From Eubacteriales bacterium (GTDB lineage: Bacteria; Bacillota; Clostridia; Oscillospirales; JAAYXM01), in contig JAZNOR010000080.1 of the NCBI GenBank assembly GCA_045589235.1, positions 1 through 55,541 of the forward strand: DNA of 55,541 nucleotides. The letters run 5' to 3'. The stretch's first letter is position 1. Each line of letters starts with the position of its first letter. Both the position numbers and the translations under genes were made by a program. The notes below the pieces were generated by a model that made no database searches, was not told the DNA's origin, and saw nothing but the letters and a program-made list of their open reading frames with translations. Shown here piece after piece: positions 1 through 8,620 of this stretch.

Positions 1-296
1 AAGCCACAACCAGATAAGGAAGTATTGGTTTTGCAGCCATATTTTCCGTAAATAGTGCATCAAAAAATGCCGCAATACGCCAGTATTACGGCATTTTTAT
101 TCTTTCTCTTAACGAAAAATCTGATTTTCAAAACTGTGTTGTACCCTGAAAAGATGAATTTTGGATGAAGTTCAAGTAAAAAATGACTCATAATCCTGAT
201 GGATATGAGTCATTTTTAATGCAGAAATTCGCCAAAATACGCTTTTTCAGGGCAATACTTCCTTGTCTGGTTGTGGCTAACTCTGACTCGTTTTTA
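1..296. mobile_element. MITE-like non-coding element with long terminal inverted repeats and two internal long hairpin arms (copy 1, left tip cut by window start)
   Basis: 2-27 (AGCCACAACCAGATAAGGAAGTATTG) is reverse-complementary to 253-278, with one G-T pair. Internal arms at 28-134 and 144-252. Bases 1-152 recur at 55390-55541. The right boundary lies between 285 and 296. Confidence 0.7.
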
Positions 297-303
297 TTTT
301 AGA

Positions 304-332
304 TTGAAAACAATAATTGAATGTGATATAAT
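304..332 (+). promoter_or_regulatory. sigma-A promoter with extended -10
   Basis: TTGAAA (304-309), 17 bp spacer, TG-n-TATAAT (324-332). Confidence 0.7.
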
Positions 333-349
333 ATTTAATAAAAGAGGGG

Positions 350-487
350 AAGCCAGCAACACGTGGATTTGTTGCGGTTGTGCTCTCGCGTGCATTTGAT
401 AAGCCACTGTCCGATGTGGTAGAAAAAACCTATGCAGACGGTCAGGATGGTCGCGATTATCAGACACTCAGAACATGGCAGAAATAA
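350..487 (+). pseudogene. start-less C-terminal remnant of an SLH-protein paralogue
   Basis: The frame from 350 reads KPATRGFVAVVLSRAFDKPLSDVVEKTYADGQDGRDYQTLRTWQK*. This aligns with QPATRGFVATVISKALDIPL...IADGKDGREHKTLR at the C-terminus of the next gene. No in-frame ATG; upstream in-frame TAA at 329-331. Confidence 0.8.
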
Positions 488-504
488 AAAAAGGAGAGGA
501 TATT

Positions 505-1185
505 ATGAAAAGAATAGTCAGTTTATTACTCGCAGTTTCAGTGCTTGCAACAGTATGCTTTGCGCTCACACCTGAGCAGGCAGCGCAGGATATCGGTAAA
601 TATGGAATTATGGGCGGTTTCCCTGATGGCTCACTTAAGTTAGAGCAGAACGTAACCCGAGCGCAGATGGCTAAAATGATTTCAATGATGAACGGAACTC
701 CCGGTTATGTTGGTTCATCATCAATGTTTAAGGATGTTCCTGATGCACATTGGGCAACTCAGTATATCGAATATGCACGTGCAAATAATATCGTTGGCGG
801 ATTCCCGGACGGTACATTTAAGCCGAACGATAACGTTACAAAGGACCAGGTTATAAAGATGGTGGTTTGCGCACTTAAATATGACAAATATGAGCTTTCG
901 TACAGACCTCAGGCAAATGCAAAGCTTTACTACCCGGCAGACTATATTAAGGTTGCAATGGATACAGACTTAATTATCCCGGGTGAATTTGGCGACGGTT
1001 CACAGCCTGCAACTCGCGGCTTTGTTGCAACCGTGATCTCAAAGGCGCTTGACATTCCGCTGCCTTATGACCCGAAGGATGTGGGCTACTCCACCGAGCT
1101 GAGTAACGCAAAAACGGGTTGGCTGATTGCCGACGGTAAAGACGGAAGAGAGCATAAAACTCTAAGAATGACACTTGGTCACTAA
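505..1185 (+). CDS. secreted S-layer homology (SLH) domain protein
   Basis: Signal peptide MKRIVSLLLAVSVLATVCFA; SLH motifs GFPDGSLKLEQNVTRAQ and FKDVPDAHWA...GFPDGTFKPNDNVT; RBS AGGAGAGG before ATG 505. Confidence 0.85.
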   Translation: MKRIVSLLLAVSVLATVCFALTPEQAAQDIGKYGIMGGFPDGSLKLEQNVTRAQMAKMISMMNGTPGYVGSSSMFKDVPDAHWATQYIEYARANNIVGGFPDGTFKPNDNVTKDQVIKMVVCALKYDKYELSYRPQANAKLYYPADYIKVAMDTDLIIPGEFGDGSQPATRGFVATVISKALDIPLPYDPKDVGYSTELSNAKTGWLIADGKDGREHKTLRMTLGH

Positions 1186-1188
1186 AAA

Positions 1189-1221
1189 TTAAGGTGAGAT
1201 TAAATCTCGCCTTAAAATTTT
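1189..1221 (+). terminator. intrinsic terminator
   Basis: TTAAGGTGAGAT-TAA-ATCTCGCCTTAA hairpin plus T-run after the stop codon. Confidence 0.6.
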
Positions 1222-1333
1222 GCTTTAAATTGAAAAAAACCGAAGATTATTTTTGTATTAAACATTTTCTTTACATTTTTAATTTAATATGATAAAATTA
1301 TTCCACAAATGTTATAAGAAATGGGGATAAATT

Positions 1334-2716
1334 ATGCAGGAACTTACTAAAAAGTTTGGTCTGGCGACAGCGATTTGTATGGTAGTCGGTACAGTTATCG
1401 GCTCCGGTGTGTTTTTTAAAGCACAGAACGTTTTGCAGGCAACCGGCGGAAATATGCCGCTTGGAATTGCTGCGTGGGTAATCACAGGTCTTCTTATGAT
1501 TATCTGCTCGTTGCAGTTTGCAACAATGGCAACAAAATATGAAAAGGTCAGCGGTATCGTTGACTATGCAGAAGCTACTTGCGGTAAGGGTTATGCTTAC
1601 TATATGGCGTGGTTTATGGTTAATATTTACTACCCGGGTATGACCTCGGTGCTTGCTTGGGTATCAGCTCGCTATTTCGGCGTGCTCTTCGGTTGGAGTA
1701 TGGTCGGTCCTGAGGTTCTGGCACTTGCAGGCTTCTTCCTCGTCGCATCATACACAATGAACGCTCTCTCACCGAAGCTTGCAGGTAAGTTCCAGGTTGG
1801 CGCTACCGTAATCAAACTCATTCCGATCTGTTTAATGGCAGTTGTAGGAACGATTGTCGGTCTTGCAAATGGAACTTTAACTTCTAACTTCACAACAGTT
1901 GTGTTTGAGGCAGTAGGCGGCACAAGCGGCGGGCTTTTTGCGGCAATTGTTGCTACCGTATTCGCTTATGAGGGCTGGATTGTTGCAACATCAATCAATG
2001 CCGAACTCCACAACCCGAAGAAAAACTTGCCACTCGCACTCATTATCGGTTCGCTCATCGTCGTTGCAGCTTATGTATTATACTACATCGGAGTTGCAGG
2101 CGGAGCTACAAACGCAGTACTTATTGAGGAAGGCGCAACAACAGCATTCTCAAATGTATTTGGTACAGTTGGCGGCGTAATATTAAATCTCTGTATCGTG
2201 GTTTCCTGTCTTGGAACACTCAACGGTCTTATGGTCGGTGCAACACGCGGTATGTATGCGATTGCAGCACGTAAGGAGGGTCCGAAGCCGGAGATGTTCG
2301 GTCAGGTTGACCCAGCTACAAATATGACAACAAACTCATCGGTTTGGGGCGTATTCATCTGTGCTGTATGGCTTCTTTACTTCTATGGCGCTAACTTAAC
2401 TGCAGGCTGGTTTGGGCTCTTTAATTTTGATTCATCTGAGCTTCCGATTATAACTATTTACGCGATGTATATTCCAATATTTATTGCATGGATGAAAAAC
2501 GAAAAGGAATTCGGTGTGTGGAAGCGCTACATTTTACCGATTATTGCAATTATCGCATGCGCATTCATGGTATTTGCTGCAGTTTATGCACACGGTATCA
2601 CTCCGTATCTCGCAGCAAAGGCTGAGGGAGTATTCAAGTTCCCAGTACTTTTCTACTTGGTTGTTTTCGCAGTGATTATGTTCATCGGTGCGTTTTTCAG
2701 AAAGTCTAAGAAATAA
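1334..2716 (+). CDS. APC-family amino acid permease
   Basis: About 12 hydrophobic segments; GTVIGSGVF (TM1) and FAYEGW (TM6) APC motifs. Confidence 0.9.
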   Translation: MQELTKKFGLATAICMVVGTVIGSGVFFKAQNVLQATGGNMPLGIAAWVITGLLMIICSLQFATMATKYEKVSGIVDYAEATCGKGYAYYMAWFMVNIYYPGMTSVLAWVSARYFGVLFGWSMVGPEVLALAGFFLVASYTMNALSPKLAGKFQVGATVIKLIPICLMAVVGTIVGLANGTLTSNFTTVVFEAVGGTSGGLFAAIVATVFAYEGWIVATSINAELHNPKKNLPLALIIGSLIVVAAYVLYYIGVAGGATNAVLIEEGATTAFSNVFGTVGGVILNLCIVVSCLGTLNGLMVGATRGMYAIAARKEGPKPEMFGQVDPATNMTTNSSVWGVFICAVWLLYFYGANLTAGWFGLFNFDSSELPIITIYAMYIPIFIAWMKNEKEFGVWKRYILPIIAIIACAFMVFAAVYAHGITPYLAAKAEGVFKFPVLFYLVVFAVIMFIGAFFRKSKK

Positions 2717-2719
2717 GTT

Positions 2720-2746
2720 AAAAGCCCTCTGAATAAGAGGGCTTTT
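2720..2746 (+). terminator. intrinsic terminator
   Basis: AAAAGCCCTCT-GAATA-AGAGGGCTTTT. Confidence 0.7.
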
Positions 2747-2753
2747 AAAAATA

Positions 2754-2782
2754 TTGACAAGTTTTGGTTAAAGTATTAAAAT
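2754..2782 (+). promoter_or_regulatory. sigma-A promoter of glnA
   Basis: TTGACA, 17 bp spacer, TAAAAT. Confidence 0.65.
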
Positions 2783-2813
2783 TTTTATATAATATTAAAT
2801 GGGAGTGTGTTAA

Positions 2814-4235
2814 ATGAAAACTGTTTCAGATATCTTAAAACTTATTAAAGACAACGATATTAAAATGGTCGATTTTAAAATGGTAGACATTAACGGTCAG
2901 TACCGCCACGTTACCATTCCGGCAAACAATTTCTCCGAGAAAACGATGAAAAACGGTATCGGATTTGATGCTTCAAACTATGGATATGCAGTGGTTGAAA
3001 AGAGTGATATGGTATTCATTCCGGATCCGGATACCGCAGTGATTGACCCGTTCTGCGAAATACCGACTCTTTCGATGACAGGTAATGCAATGATTATTGC
3101 AAGTCCTGAGAATAAACCGCTTGCGCAGTATCCGCGAAACATTGTGCGCGCTGCTGATAAGTATTTAAAGGACAGCGGAATTGCAGATACAATGATTATT
3201 TTACCTGAGTTTGAGTTCTATCTCTTCGATAATGTTAATTGGAGCGTTGCGCCGAACAGTATAGGTATGACGGTGGATGCAAATCAGGCTCATTGGAACA
3301 GCGCATATACAACGGATGGTGTTATCGTTCCAAAACAGAAGAATTACCATATTGCAAAGCCGTTTGACGTATCTTATGAAGCGCGCTCTGAGATGTGTAT
3401 GTTAATTGAAGAGGCAGGCATTGCGCTCAATTATCATCATCCTGAGGTTGGTGCTGCAGGTCAGTTTGAAATCGAGCCTGAGCTTGGCGAGATGACAAAA
3501 ATGGCTGATGCGACAATGATGATTAAATACATCATTCACAATACCGCAGTAAAGCACGGTATGTCCGCAACCTTTATGCCAAAGCCTGTTCTTGGTGAAG
3601 CAGGTAGCGGAATGCACGTTCATATGCTCCTTTTAAAGGATGGCAAGCCTGTGTTCTCAGACGATAACGGATATTCAAACTTAAGCGAAACCGCACACTA
3701 CTTTATGGGAGGACTCTTAAAGCACATCGCTTCTCTCTGTGCGATTACAAATCCGAGTACGAACTCATTTAAGCGCCTCGTTCCCGGCTTTGAAGCACCG
3801 GTAACAGTAGGCTATGCAACATCAAACCGCAGTGCGGTAATCAGAATTCCGGCATATGCAAAGTCACCGGAACTTCGCCGTTTCGAGCTTCGTAATCCGG
3901 ATGCTACCTGTAACCCGTATTTCTGCTATGCGGCAATTCTTATGGCAGGTATCGATGGTGTTAAAAATAAAATTGACCCGAAGGCTAATGGCTGGGGTCC
4001 GTATGATATGAACCTCTTCCACTTAAGTGATGAGGAGAAGGCGAAACTATCACACCTTCCGACTTCGCTCGGTGAAGCACTTGACGCGCTTGAGGCAGAT
4101 AATGATTACCTCACTGCAGGCGGAGTATTCCCGAAAGAATTAATTGATAACTTTATCGCCGCAAAGAGAGCAGAGGTTTCTGAACTCTCAAGAATTCCGC
4201 ATCCGGCAGAGTTTGATAAATACTATAATCTATAA
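2814..4235 (+). CDS. glnA: glutamine synthetase type I
   Basis: PEFEFYLF, HHPEVG, ATFMPKP...GSGMHVH, KRLVPGFEAP, NRSAVIRIP, RFELRNPDATCNPY. Confidence 0.92.
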   Translation: MKTVSDILKLIKDNDIKMVDFKMVDINGQYRHVTIPANNFSEKTMKNGIGFDASNYGYAVVEKSDMVFIPDPDTAVIDPFCEIPTLSMTGNAMIIASPENKPLAQYPRNIVRAADKYLKDSGIADTMIILPEFEFYLFDNVNWSVAPNSIGMTVDANQAHWNSAYTTDGVIVPKQKNYHIAKPFDVSYEARSEMCMLIEEAGIALNYHHPEVGAAGQFEIEPELGEMTKMADATMMIKYIIHNTAVKHGMSATFMPKPVLGEAGSGMHVHMLLLKDGKPVFSDDNGYSNLSETAHYFMGGLLKHIASLCAITNPSTNSFKRLVPGFEAPVTVGYATSNRSAVIRIPAYAKSPELRRFELRNPDATCNPYFCYAAILMAGIDGVKNKIDPKANGWGPYDMNLFHLSDEEKAKLSHLPTSLGEALDALEADNDYLTAGGVFPKELIDNFIAAKRAEVSELSRIPHPAEFDKYYNL

Positions 4236-4269
4236 AAAAGAAGGTTCTGCAATGCAGAACCTTCTTTTT
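4235..4269. terminator. bidirectional intrinsic terminator between convergent glnA and araC-like gene
   Basis: AAAAAGAAGGTTCTGCA-A-TGCAGAACCTTCTTTTT perfect inverted repeat. Confidence 0.8.
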
Positions 4270-5002
4270 ATTTTGAGCAGTATTTTTGATATTCCTTCGG
4301 GGATTTGCCTGTTTGTGCTTTGAATTTTTTTGAAAAATAAACGTAGTCAACATATCCGCACCGCTCGGAAACCTCCGATAGAGGGAGCGTGTCCTTGTAA
4401 ATTTCAATTAGATACAGCGCATGATTTATGCGAAGCGCGGTTAAAAAATCATTTGGCGTTTTACCAATGATTTTCTTGAAATGCGCGCGTATGTAATCCT
4501 CGGCATATCCGCTTTCGTTTAGCAGAGTTGAGGGAGAAAAGTTACTGTCAAAGAAGTTTTCGGAAATTTCGTTTGCAATTTTTCTGACCGCACGCGTCAG
4601 CGTATTTTCAGGCGTTGAGTTTCGAAGAATAAAGCGAAGAAAAGCATAAATAAGTGAGCTTAAGTAATCGTCGTCGTTGATTCTGTTGCGGTAAATCATA
4701 GTTGCGAGCGCTTCGCCGTCGCGACCTTGTGTATCGCTTGTAACCGCAGGAGAAGAAAAACTGAGCATATTTTCAAAATCACTGTCAATTGCAATCAGCT
4801 TAAAACCATTTTCGGATACAGAACCGTGTAAAGTATCGGGCGGAATGATTATGATAGTACCGGGTGAAAAAGGGAAATCACCCGAAGATGTGTGAAGATG
4901 TCCTTTTCCCTCGAGATAATATAAGATTTCGTATTCCGCGTGTGAATGTAAAGGGTAGGAGAGTTCGTTGGCAACACCTGTTAAATAAATTTTATGCTTC
5001 AT
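4268..5002 (-). CDS. AraC-family transcriptional regulator (cupin plus double HTH)
   Basis: LHSHAEYEILYYLEGKG cupin; C-terminal VSERCGYVDYVYFSKKFKAQTGKSPKEY; divergent from the MATE gene. Confidence 0.9.
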   Translation of the reverse strand: MKHKIYLTGVANELSYPLHSHAEYEILYYLEGKGHLHTSSGDFPFSPGTIIIIPPDTLHGSVSENGFKLIAIDSDFENMLSFSSPAVTSDTQGRDGEALATMIYRNRINDDDYLSSLIYAFLRFILRNSTPENTLTRAVRKIANEISENFFDSNFSPSTLLNESGYAEDYIRAHFKKIIGKTPNDFLTALRINHALYLIEIYKDTLPLSEVSERCGYVDYVYFSKKFKAQTGKSPKEYQKYCSK

Positions 5003-5128
5003 AATATCACCAAGTGGATTTTATCATAAATCTATCTTTTATACAAGTAGATATATGAAAAGAAATATGTACTTTGGAGGATAAGTGCTATAATTACAAA
5101 AGAATTTAAAAAGTTTAGGTTGGTGCTT

Positions 5129-6463
5129 ATGTTATTTTCAAAACGGGATTTGACAAGACTTATAGTTCCGCTTCTCATTGAGCAAACGCTTGCGCTCACA
5201 ATCGGAATGCTTGACGCAGTAATGGTCGCGCAAGCAGGCGAGGCGGCGGTGTCGGGCGTATCACTTGTCGACTCGGTTAATTTACTGTTTTTATACTTCT
5301 TAGGCTCGCTTGCAACAGGCGGCGCAATTACGATATCACAGTTTCTAGGTGCAAATGATCTTGATAATGCCAGAAAAGCGGCAAGTCAGTTAATCTGGGT
5401 ACCTGCAATTTTTGCGCTTGTAATAAGCCTTGTAATGGAAATTTCGCGCAAAGGGCTTCTTTCACTCGTTTTTGGCAGTGTAACGCCTGAAATTATGGCA
5501 AACGCGCAGGTTTATTTCTTCTACACGGTGCTTTCGTATCCATTTATCGCGATTTATAATTCGGGTGCTGCAATTTACCGCGCAATGGGCAATTCCAAGG
5601 TTTCAATGTATGCATCAATCGTTATGAATTTACTTAATGTGTGTGGCAATGCACTTCTTATTTTTCAATTCCGTATGGGTGCTGCGGGCGCTGCAATCGC
5701 AACGCTTTTCTCTCGCGTTGTGGGCGCTTGCATTATGCTTTATCTTGTGCGCGATAAAAGGCAACTCGTGCACGTTGATAAGCTATTTAAATTCAAGCCC
5801 GATTTCAAGCTTATCAAAAGAATGCTCGGAATCGGAATACCAAATGGCTTTGAAGGCAGCGTTTTCCAGCTCGGCAAAGTTATAACTCAGAGCCTGGTTT
5901 CCACCTTTGGAACGGTATCAATTGCCGCAAATGCCGCGGCAAATACACTCTCGGCACTTTTATACATTCCGGGAAATGCAGTCGGGCCGACGATGACCGC
6001 GGTTGTGGGAAGATGCGTCGGTGCAGGGGAGAAGGAACAGGCAAAGAAATACGCGAGAAAACTTTTGGGCATTGCTTATCTTCTTATTATTTCAATGTCG
6101 ATAGTATTAAGCATCGCATCAAAACCGCTTGTCGGAATGTTTAACATATCGCCCGATGCAACCAAGCTTGCAATCTATCTTTTCGTGTTCCATAATATCT
6201 GCGTTTCCACCGTGTGGCCGGTTGCATTTACGCTCCCGAATTCATTCCGCGCAGCGAGCGATGTTAAGTACACTATGATATGGTCGATTATATCAATGTG
6301 GCTCTTCCGCGTTGGCGGAAGCTTCTTCTTTGGGAAATTTCTTGGCTTTGGCGTTAGCGGCGTGTGGTACGGAATGGCGTGCGACTGGACTTTCAGATGC
6401 GCAATTTTCGGCGTTCGTTATCTGCGCGGAACTTGGCTTACAAAATACAAGAAAATGACATGA
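5129..6463 (+). CDS. MATE-family efflux transporter
   Basis: About 12 TM; SQFLGA, RAMGNSK, GAAGAAIATLFSR and GRCVGAG repeat motifs; ATG 5129 chosen as start. Confidence 0.9.
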   Translation: MLFSKRDLTRLIVPLLIEQTLALTIGMLDAVMVAQAGEAAVSGVSLVDSVNLLFLYFLGSLATGGAITISQFLGANDLDNARKAASQLIWVPAIFALVISLVMEISRKGLLSLVFGSVTPEIMANAQVYFFYTVLSYPFIAIYNSGAAIYRAMGNSKVSMYASIVMNLLNVCGNALLIFQFRMGAAGAAIATLFSRVVGACIMLYLVRDKRQLVHVDKLFKFKPDFKLIKRMLGIGIPNGFEGSVFQLGKVITQSLVSTFGTVSIAANAAANTLSALLYIPGNAVGPTMTAVVGRCVGAGEKEQAKKYARKLLGIAYLLIISMSIVLSIASKPLVGMFNISPDATKLAIYLFVFHNICVSTVWPVAFTLPNSFRAASDVKYTMIWSIISMWLFRVGGSFFFGKFLGFGVSGVWYGMACDWTFRCAIFGVRYLRGTWLTKYKKMT

Positions 6464-6488
6464 CAATGCTATTGTCATGTCATTTTTT
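6452..6488 (+). terminator. palindromic terminator overlapping the MATE stop codon
   Basis: AAAATGACATGACAAT-GCT-ATTGTCATGTCATTTT followed by T-run. Confidence 0.6.
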
Positions 6489-6530
6489 ATGTGATAAAAT
6501 GATTCTTATAAAATTTAAGGAGAAGCAACT

Positions 6531-7178
6531 ATGATCAAAAACATTAAAGGTGCAATTTTTGATATGGACGGAACGCTCATAGATTCGCTTATGCTGTGGG
6601 AGATTTTGTGGAGTAAATTTGGGATTAAACCGTCATCAGAACACGATAAAGCGGTCAGAACGATGACTCTTTTTGATGCAATGGAGTATATTCACGCTCT
6701 TTACGGTGTCGGAGAAAGCGGGGAAGAGCTCTATAACCGTGCCAATGAAATTATGGTAAATTTCTATACAAATGAGGTTGAGTTAAAGGCAGGTGTACTT
6801 GAATTTCTGGAGCATTGCAAAAATGCGGGGATAAAAATGTGCGTAGCATCTGCATCTGCAATACATCTCATAAAGCTCGCAGCCGAGCATTGCAAAATAA
6901 AAGACTATTTTTGCGATATTCTCTCCTGCGCGGACATCGGTAAAGGTAAAGACGAGCCCGATATCTACATAAAAGCGCTTGAAGCGCTCGGAACCGAGGC
7001 ATCGGAAACCTGTATTTTCGAGGATTCGCACATAGCACTTGATACCGCATCAAAGCTCGGTATGAAAACCGTTGGTATTTATGATAAATACAACTACGGT
7101 CAGGATGAAATTAAAAAAATTGCGACAGTATATATCGGTGAGGGAGAAAGTCTCGAGAAACTGATTGGAGATGAGTAA
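6531..7178 (+). CDS. HAD-superfamily phosphatase (beta-phosphoglucomutase-like, subfamily IA)
   Basis: FDMDGTLIDS motif I; GKDEPDIY; FEDS motif. Confidence 0.88.
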   Translation: MIKNIKGAIFDMDGTLIDSLMLWEILWSKFGIKPSSEHDKAVRTMTLFDAMEYIHALYGVGESGEELYNRANEIMVNFYTNEVELKAGVLEFLEHCKNAGIKMCVASASAIHLIKLAAEHCKIKDYFCDILSCADIGKGKDEPDIYIKALEALGTEASETCIFEDSHIALDTASKLGMKTVGIYDKYNYGQDEIKKIATVYIGEGESLEKLIGDE

Positions 7179-8619
7179 GTTGAAGAAAACCTATGTAACC
7201 TCTATGCCAAACCACATTGGTGCATTTTTAAAGGCGAGCAAATGTTTTTCGGCTTTAGGAATAAATATAACACGAGTCAGCTATAACAAGGCGGTCGACT
7301 CGCACACTCTGTTCATTGATGCGGAGGGAACGGAAGAACAGCTTGAAAAAGCGGATATTGAACTCGAAAAAATCGGATATTTGCAAAACAATCACGATAA
7401 AACGAGCATTGTTCTGCTCGAGTTCTGCTTAAGAGACACACCGGGAAGTGTAACTGATGTTTTAGAGCTAATCAATGAATTTAATTTTAATATTTCATAT
7501 ATCAGCTCACAGGAGAACGGAACGGATTACCAATTTTTCAAAATGGGGCTGTATGTGGATGATTCCGAGCGAATTTCAAAATTTTTAAAAGAGGCTGAAA
7601 AGCTTTGCAAAGTGCGCGTTATCGACTATAACAGCTCTGAGAAGGTTTATGACAACAGTATTTTTTACAATACCTATGTAATGGGGCTTTCACAGCTTAT
7701 GGGTCTTTCTGAAAAGTACAGAGAGGAGCTTTTGGTACATGTAAATCTTGCTATGCAGACGCTTGATGAACAAGGGCTTTCGCCGTACCGCACCTTTGAC
7801 AGTATAAATAAATTCGCTGAGCTGTTATCTGAGGCAAAGGGTAAGAACTTTTCTCCGCGCATCAGTACGCATAAGATAAGTGATGAAACTGAGATAGTTC
7901 TCGTTGAGCCACAATGCGGCAGTAATTCGATAATTATCAAAAGCCGCGGCAAGGTGCTTTTTGTTGACAGTGGCTATGCTTGCTATAAGGATGAAATGAT
8001 AGAGATTATTAAAAAGATAATTCCTGAATTTGATGATATTAAAAAGACCATCCTTTTAACACATGCAGATGTTGACCATTGCGGTCTTGCACCGATGTTT
8101 GATGAGGTTATTGCAAGCGCGAGAACAGCGCAGTGCCTTTCAAACGAATATAACGGCAAAAACGGCTATCGTGAAGAAAATCCGCTTCACAAGCCGTATA
8201 TCAATATTTGCAAGCTTCTCACATCTTATCAGCCGACAAATCCGGATAAGATAACCGTTCCGTGGGAGAAGCAGGAGGAGCTTACCGAGCCGATTACTCC
8301 AATTGGCATATTTGATTTCGGGGAGCTACACTTTGAGGTTTACGAGGGTAAGGGAGGTCATTTGCCGGGCGAGCTTGTGCTTATTGACTATGCAAAGCAC
8401 ATCGCGATAACAGGTGATATTTACATCAATATGCACGGGCTTACACCTTCGCAGGCGGAATATAACCGCTACGCCCCAATACTTATGACATCTGTTGATA
8501 CCGACCCGAAGCTTTGTGCCGAGGAGAGAGGCGCAATAACTCAGCGCCTTGGCGTCGGTGATTGGAGGATTTTCGGAGCACACGGCTTTAAGAAGGATTA
8601 TTCGATTAAGGAGAATTGA
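7171..8619 (+). CDS. tandem ACT-like domains fused to a metallo-beta-lactamase-fold hydrolase
   Basis: ACT-like MPNHIGAFLKAS...GINITRVSY and LRDTPGSVTDVL...NFNISYISS; MBL motifs VDSG, THADVDHCG, GGHLPGE, TGD, GAHG. Confidence 0.75.
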   Translation: MSKLKKTYVTSMPNHIGAFLKASKCFSALGINITRVSYNKAVDSHTLFIDAEGTEEQLEKADIELEKIGYLQNNHDKTSIVLLEFCLRDTPGSVTDVLELINEFNFNISYISSQENGTDYQFFKMGLYVDDSERISKFLKEAEKLCKVRVIDYNSSEKVYDNSIFYNTYVMGLSQLMGLSEKYREELLVHVNLAMQTLDEQGLSPYRTFDSINKFAELLSEAKGKNFSPRISTHKISDETEIVLVEPQCGSNSIIIKSRGKVLFVDSGYACYKDEMIEIIKKIIPEFDDIKKTILLTHADVDHCGLAPMFDEVIASARTAQCLSNEYNGKNGYREENPLHKPYINICKLLTSYQPTNPDKITVPWEKQEELTEPITPIGIFDFGELHFEVYEGKGGHLPGELVLIDYAKHIAITGDIYINMHGLTPSQAEYNRYAPILMTSVDTDPKLCAEERGAITQRLGVGDWRIFGAHGFKKDYSIKEN

Positions 8620-8620
8620 G

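Noticed and set aside
340-504. Candidate riboswitch or ribozyme in the GC-richer leader of the first SLH gene (hairpins GCAACA/TGTTGC and GCCAC/GTGGT)
   Set aside because: No consensus of c-di-GMP, c-di-AMP, HDV-like, pistol or twister RNAs fits, and the stretch is explained as protein-coding relic homologous to the downstream gene.
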